Below the pieces are notes generated by a model that worked only from the letters and a program-made list of their open reading frames with translations, had not been told where the DNA came from and made no database searches. From the human T2T-CHM13v2.0 reference genome, Homo sapiens, in NCBI RefSeq assembly GCF_009914755.1, contig NC_060928.1: a stretch of 64,000 nt of DNA. One strand, written 5' to 3'. The position numbers and the translations under genes were made by a program. Below are positions 57,929 through 64,000 of this stretch, in pieces (within the stretch, counting starts at the first letter, position 1; every line of letters begins with the position of its first letter).

Positions 57929-59494
57929 GTGCTTCAAATTTCTCTCATGAGAGATGCACAATCAAAAAGTTTTGGACACTCCTTCACAAGAATATTTCAA
58001 TAACCTCCTGAAGTAATTAGCTTTCCTACCTTCAGTGTCTCTCCTGTACCTCATGTACACATAACTGCCAAATAAAAGGTTCCTAGGAATAACAATGGTC
58101 ACCTTGCTGTCTGAACAAAGCTATTTAATGTCTTTTACTTGCCACCGCAGTGAAACTCACCTCAATAACATGACCCTCAAGGCAATCACAAGCCGACCAT
58201 CCCCTCCTCCAAACATGCACCCATGAAACACACTATTTTTCCAGGCATGATTTTCACTTTTCATTTTCGTAATCCCATCATCCCAATGAAATGTAACCAC
58301 CTATCCTCACCTAAAACATACCAAGTGCCTCTATATAATATATTTTGCCATTATAATAGTATGTTTGTTTGAGTTCTCTATAGATCTTTGAGATAAGGTC
58401 TATGATAATAAACCTAATAAAAGTCAGGTCCTCATACAAAAGCCTCTCAAGTCATATCTATGGAAACTCACTCCAGCAGCCAAAATTTGGTCATGGAAAT
58501 CCACTCTGCTTTCCTGTGTTTAGGGACATTAAGGGAAATCCCATTTCTAACCCGTGGAAACTCATCTCAACTTCTTCCACTAATGCCCAGTTCTCCTGTG
58601 CTCATCACTGCTCTGGAGTTCCCTGCAAACCAAATCCCCAACAACTCTCTCTGCTTTAGCTCATGAAGCATGCCTTTCTCTCTCTCCACTCCTCGCTGTT
58701 TCTCATCTTCATACTATGTGGCTTCTTTATGTAAACAAAACTACATAATGGTAAGAACTTTTCCTTGTCTGATGTCCTTCAGCACTTAGTCTGGAAAAAA
58801 ATAGAACTTCTCTTAGAGGATGACGGTCAGAAACGGAGGAAGATGTGCCTAGTCTGGGTGGTGATTTGGGGATAATGGAGACAAGAACCCTTATACACTA
58901 GCATAAGTGATTTCCCTCCTCTACTCTCCCTCCTGATAGACTTTCAGTTATGAAAACTTGTTCATTTCCTGATGTTGAAATCCTATTCATTTTTAAGATA
59001 CGATCATATTTCATTGGCTCTGTGATTTTTCTATAACCAGAATTGATTTATTTCCTCCCAATGCCCATTGTCCTTGACCACTAATACATTTATGACACAT
59101 AGGCTTTCATTATAGTTACCATCCTATCCAAATTTTCCTAAAGGATTGGTAACTCTTAAGTCAGGGATTAAACCCTTATCTTTAAAACCACCATGGTATC
59201 TGTCCAAGAACATTGCAAATAACAGGTAAATGTTAACATATGAAAGAAACACCAAATGTTGTCATGACATTGTCTTCAGCAAAGAGTCTCTTGAACATAA
59301 ACTGTTATATCTTCTTCTTTGTCTTTTTCTTTTGGACAGGGTATTACTCAATGCTATTATTAGTGGTATTTGGTAATACTGTGCATAGTTTGCCTATTTA
59401 GAGGACATTTATCTAAATAAACATATACATTGCAATAATTATTGTGACAATACTTATGATTACTTCAAGTTGAGATAAAGAATGTTGTATCCTC

Positions 59495-59620
59495 AAACAT
59501 ACCACTTTAGTGAGGGATGTTGATAATGGAAGAAGTTATGCATGTATGGGAGCAAGGGGTATATGGGAAATTTCTGTACTTCACAATTTTACTATGAACA
59601 CAATAATGCATGAAAAAATG
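59495..59620 (+). mobile_element. L1MC/L1MD 3'-end fragment
   Basis: 'gggatgttgataatggaagaagttatgcatgtatgggagcaaggggtatatgggaaatttctgtactt'. Confidence 0.75.
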
Positions 59621-60042
59621 ACATCGAAAAAATGTTATATTCTGACTTTAAAGCTATTATTTTAAAGAGGTACAAACTTAAAAAGAGCAGGGAATAGGTT
59701 CAGATTTTGTCATTATAATAGTATATTTAACATTCAAAAGAAATAGTAATGAAATCAGTAAAACATGATTTTTGCAAAAATTGTGTAAGATTCTTAAAAG
59801 TTATGATACAATGAGATAGTTACAAAAAGGAAATCTAACAGACTTTCCTTGCTTGTGGGGTTTCAGAACTGCATCAATTAAATCATTCATTTATTCCAAA
59901 AATATTTATTGATTATTTAATACTTACCATGTCTTATATTGTAAGAACCTATAGTAAATTACAGGTGACTGAGAAGTCTATTTTTCAAAGTGTTAAAAAA
60001 AATTAGAGTCAGTGAAACAATTTAGTAATTTAAAGTAGACTA

Positions 60043-60342
<300 letters not shown>

Positions 60343-60379
60343 CTATAAACATATAATTATTCACACACTCAAAAGTCAC

Positions 60380-61080
60380 AATTTATTGAGTGCTGTGTGA
60401 TAAGCAATTGGCTAGGCTAGATGCTGGTAATAAAAGATAAGGAGAACACAGACTAGATCCTAAAGGAACTCACAATCCTGTGCTACAAGAGATGTATTCA
60501 CAATGTGCAAAGAAAACATAAAGAAACCCCTAACTCTGCCCAGAGATGACAGAGAACTCACTCAAGACTTAACCTTTAAATGGTGTCATGATTGATAGGC
60601 AGTGCCTGTCTTGGTGTAGAAATAAAAGAAAGAAATTGCAGCAAGATGCAACTCAAGGAGCTGAAGTCAAGAGGAATGAGAAAGCATGCCAGTCCTCATG
60701 AACAAAAAGGCTGTTAACCTGGAACAGAGCACAAACATAGGCGTATGGCAGAGACTGAACCGTGAAGGGTCTTATAGCCACACAAGGAGTCTGATCTTTA
60801 ACAAATCCTGAATGAATGGAGCCCTTCATGTGTCTTAAGAAAATCAGTAGCATACTCACATTTATATTTTAGACAAATAAATAAAGGTCAGGGAAATGTT
60901 TAGATATTAGAATCAGCTGAACTTAGTTACAAATAATATAGTATGAGGTAAAGATGACAAAGAAAGAGAAGATAAAGTGAAAATTCATTTCCAAGTGTCA
61001 TGCTTGGGTGACCAAGGGGTTTATGGAGACAGAGAATATATCATGGTGAGACTGATAAAATATCTAATTTGTACTTGAAT
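60380..61080 (-). mobile_element. L2 fragment
   Basis: 'atttattgagtgctgtgtgataagc...cctaaaggaactcacaatc', 'ttccaagtgtcatgcttgggtgacc' reverse L2 3' region. Confidence 0.65.
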
Positions 61081-61316
61081 ATTGTTTCCAAGTCTAAATC
61101 ATACATACAGTCTCCTCCTGAAGATTTACATATTGGCAAGTAAAGGAAAATTAAGGCCAACTCAAGATCATAGATATGATTTAAATTGTATTCCCTGGTT
61201 CATTACTTATATTACATACTTGTATAAATTAATAAAAGATTTCCTTCCTTAAACAAACCTGATACAATACAATTGGGATTTATGTAAAGGATTAATGTTA
61301 CTCTTTTCCCTTTTAA

Positions 61317-63059
<1,743 letters not shown>

Positions 63060-63167
63060 TGACATATTTGCCTCAAAAAGAAATTTTCTTTAGTGTTACC
63101 TTAAATAGAATGTTCTCTAATGATTTTAAAGTAAGATTACGAGTAAATAAAATAGATAAATATATAC

Positions 63168-63292
63168 GTATTAATGAATAGGACAGCTGGTTTTCAGCAG
63201 AACAGGGGTACTGGCTGTTCACTGCTCATGGCTGCTGTGACGGGTCAGTGGTCACGCTGCATGGTTGTGGATACGATGAATGTCACCACTAC
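63168..63292 (-). other. Candidate exon, internal or terminal
   Basis: Acceptor ctctttcctactttgtgcaatag|G followed by a GC/CpG-richer island in AT-rich flanks; donor weak or absent. Confidence 0.3.
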
Positions 63293-64000
63293 CTATTGCA
63301 CAAAGTAGGAAAGAGCTGAGGATAATTAATGTGACACTCGAATTTAACAAAAACCTCTAAAAGGATCAAATAGCACTCTGAAAATGAGTTAACAAATCAG
63401 AAAAAAAAATACGTAACTGTGTCTAAATGTTTTTTCTATTAAAAAAGGAAAAAAAATGAGCTGTTGAAGAATTATTTATGCTTTAGTTTATTAAAATATC
63501 AGTAAATAGAATTGCACTGTCTTTCTTTTAAGGATTTGTCTGTCTTTTGTGCCCTTTGATAATTAATTTTATTTGGTTTTCAAGATAATTATATAACTTG
63601 TCTTAATTCAAACTGCAACAACAAGCTAAGGAAAAGTTAGGGGGTTTCTGTAAAGAGTCTCTTTCTAAGTATCCAAAAGCCAGACTTTCACGCCTGCCTA
63701 TGTAGCAGTAGTAAGAACTCAACAAGGCTTCTAGCTGCATGACAAATATAATTCCTGGAATTTTCCTTCTTAAGTATTCACATAATCGCCCTTTCAAATG
63801 TAACAAGCATTTTAAATTCTTGTAAAGTCAGAGAGAATTCTTAAAGGAATAGCTACTACTCAAACAATTTTGACATGTAAACACCTACAGACTTTCATAT
63901 CTAAAGATAAAAACCTAAGAGAGTGTGTCAAGAAGGATTGCCTAAAATCAAACCCTAAGACAAGGATTCTCATGAAAGTGATTTATAGCATTTAGGAGGC

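Noticed and set aside
63200-63292. Assigning a gene name to the candidate exons
   Set aside because: I could not match any of the translated peptides to a protein I recognise; a four-residue QRDH* resemblance to one known C-terminus is too short to support a call.

Overview
This is human genomic DNA (it carries a human-specific L1HS-Ta element), AT-rich and dominated by interspersed repeats. I cannot identify any cellular protein-coding gene, RNA gene, CRISPR array or prokaryotic-type system. The only long ORF (61332-62816) is the C-terminal part of LINE-1 ORF2 in a 5'-truncated L1HS Ta-0 insertion. Other content: an older L1PA15/16 with an 18-bp target-site duplication (TSD), several old L1M, L2 and MIR fragments, and ten Alus. 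There is also a deleted two-LTR HUERS-P3/LTR9 provirus with PBS-Pro, gag remnant, PPT and GAAC TSD, a MER39-like two-LTR remnant, and several solo LTRs. DNA transposons include MER6/Tigger, Tigger1, Tigger3, MER8, MER5 and MADE1. The most unusual structures are: a ~370-bp local duplication in which one copy carries an 8-nt+poly(A) micro-insertion with a 19-bp TSD; a MER6 element with one terminal repeat flipped; the young L1HS with an in-frame 15-nt deletion and no resolvable TSD; and several minus-strand candidate exons suggesting an unidentified minus-strand transcript. Repeat subfamily names come from recalled consensus sequences, not a search, and boundaries of old repeats are approximate.
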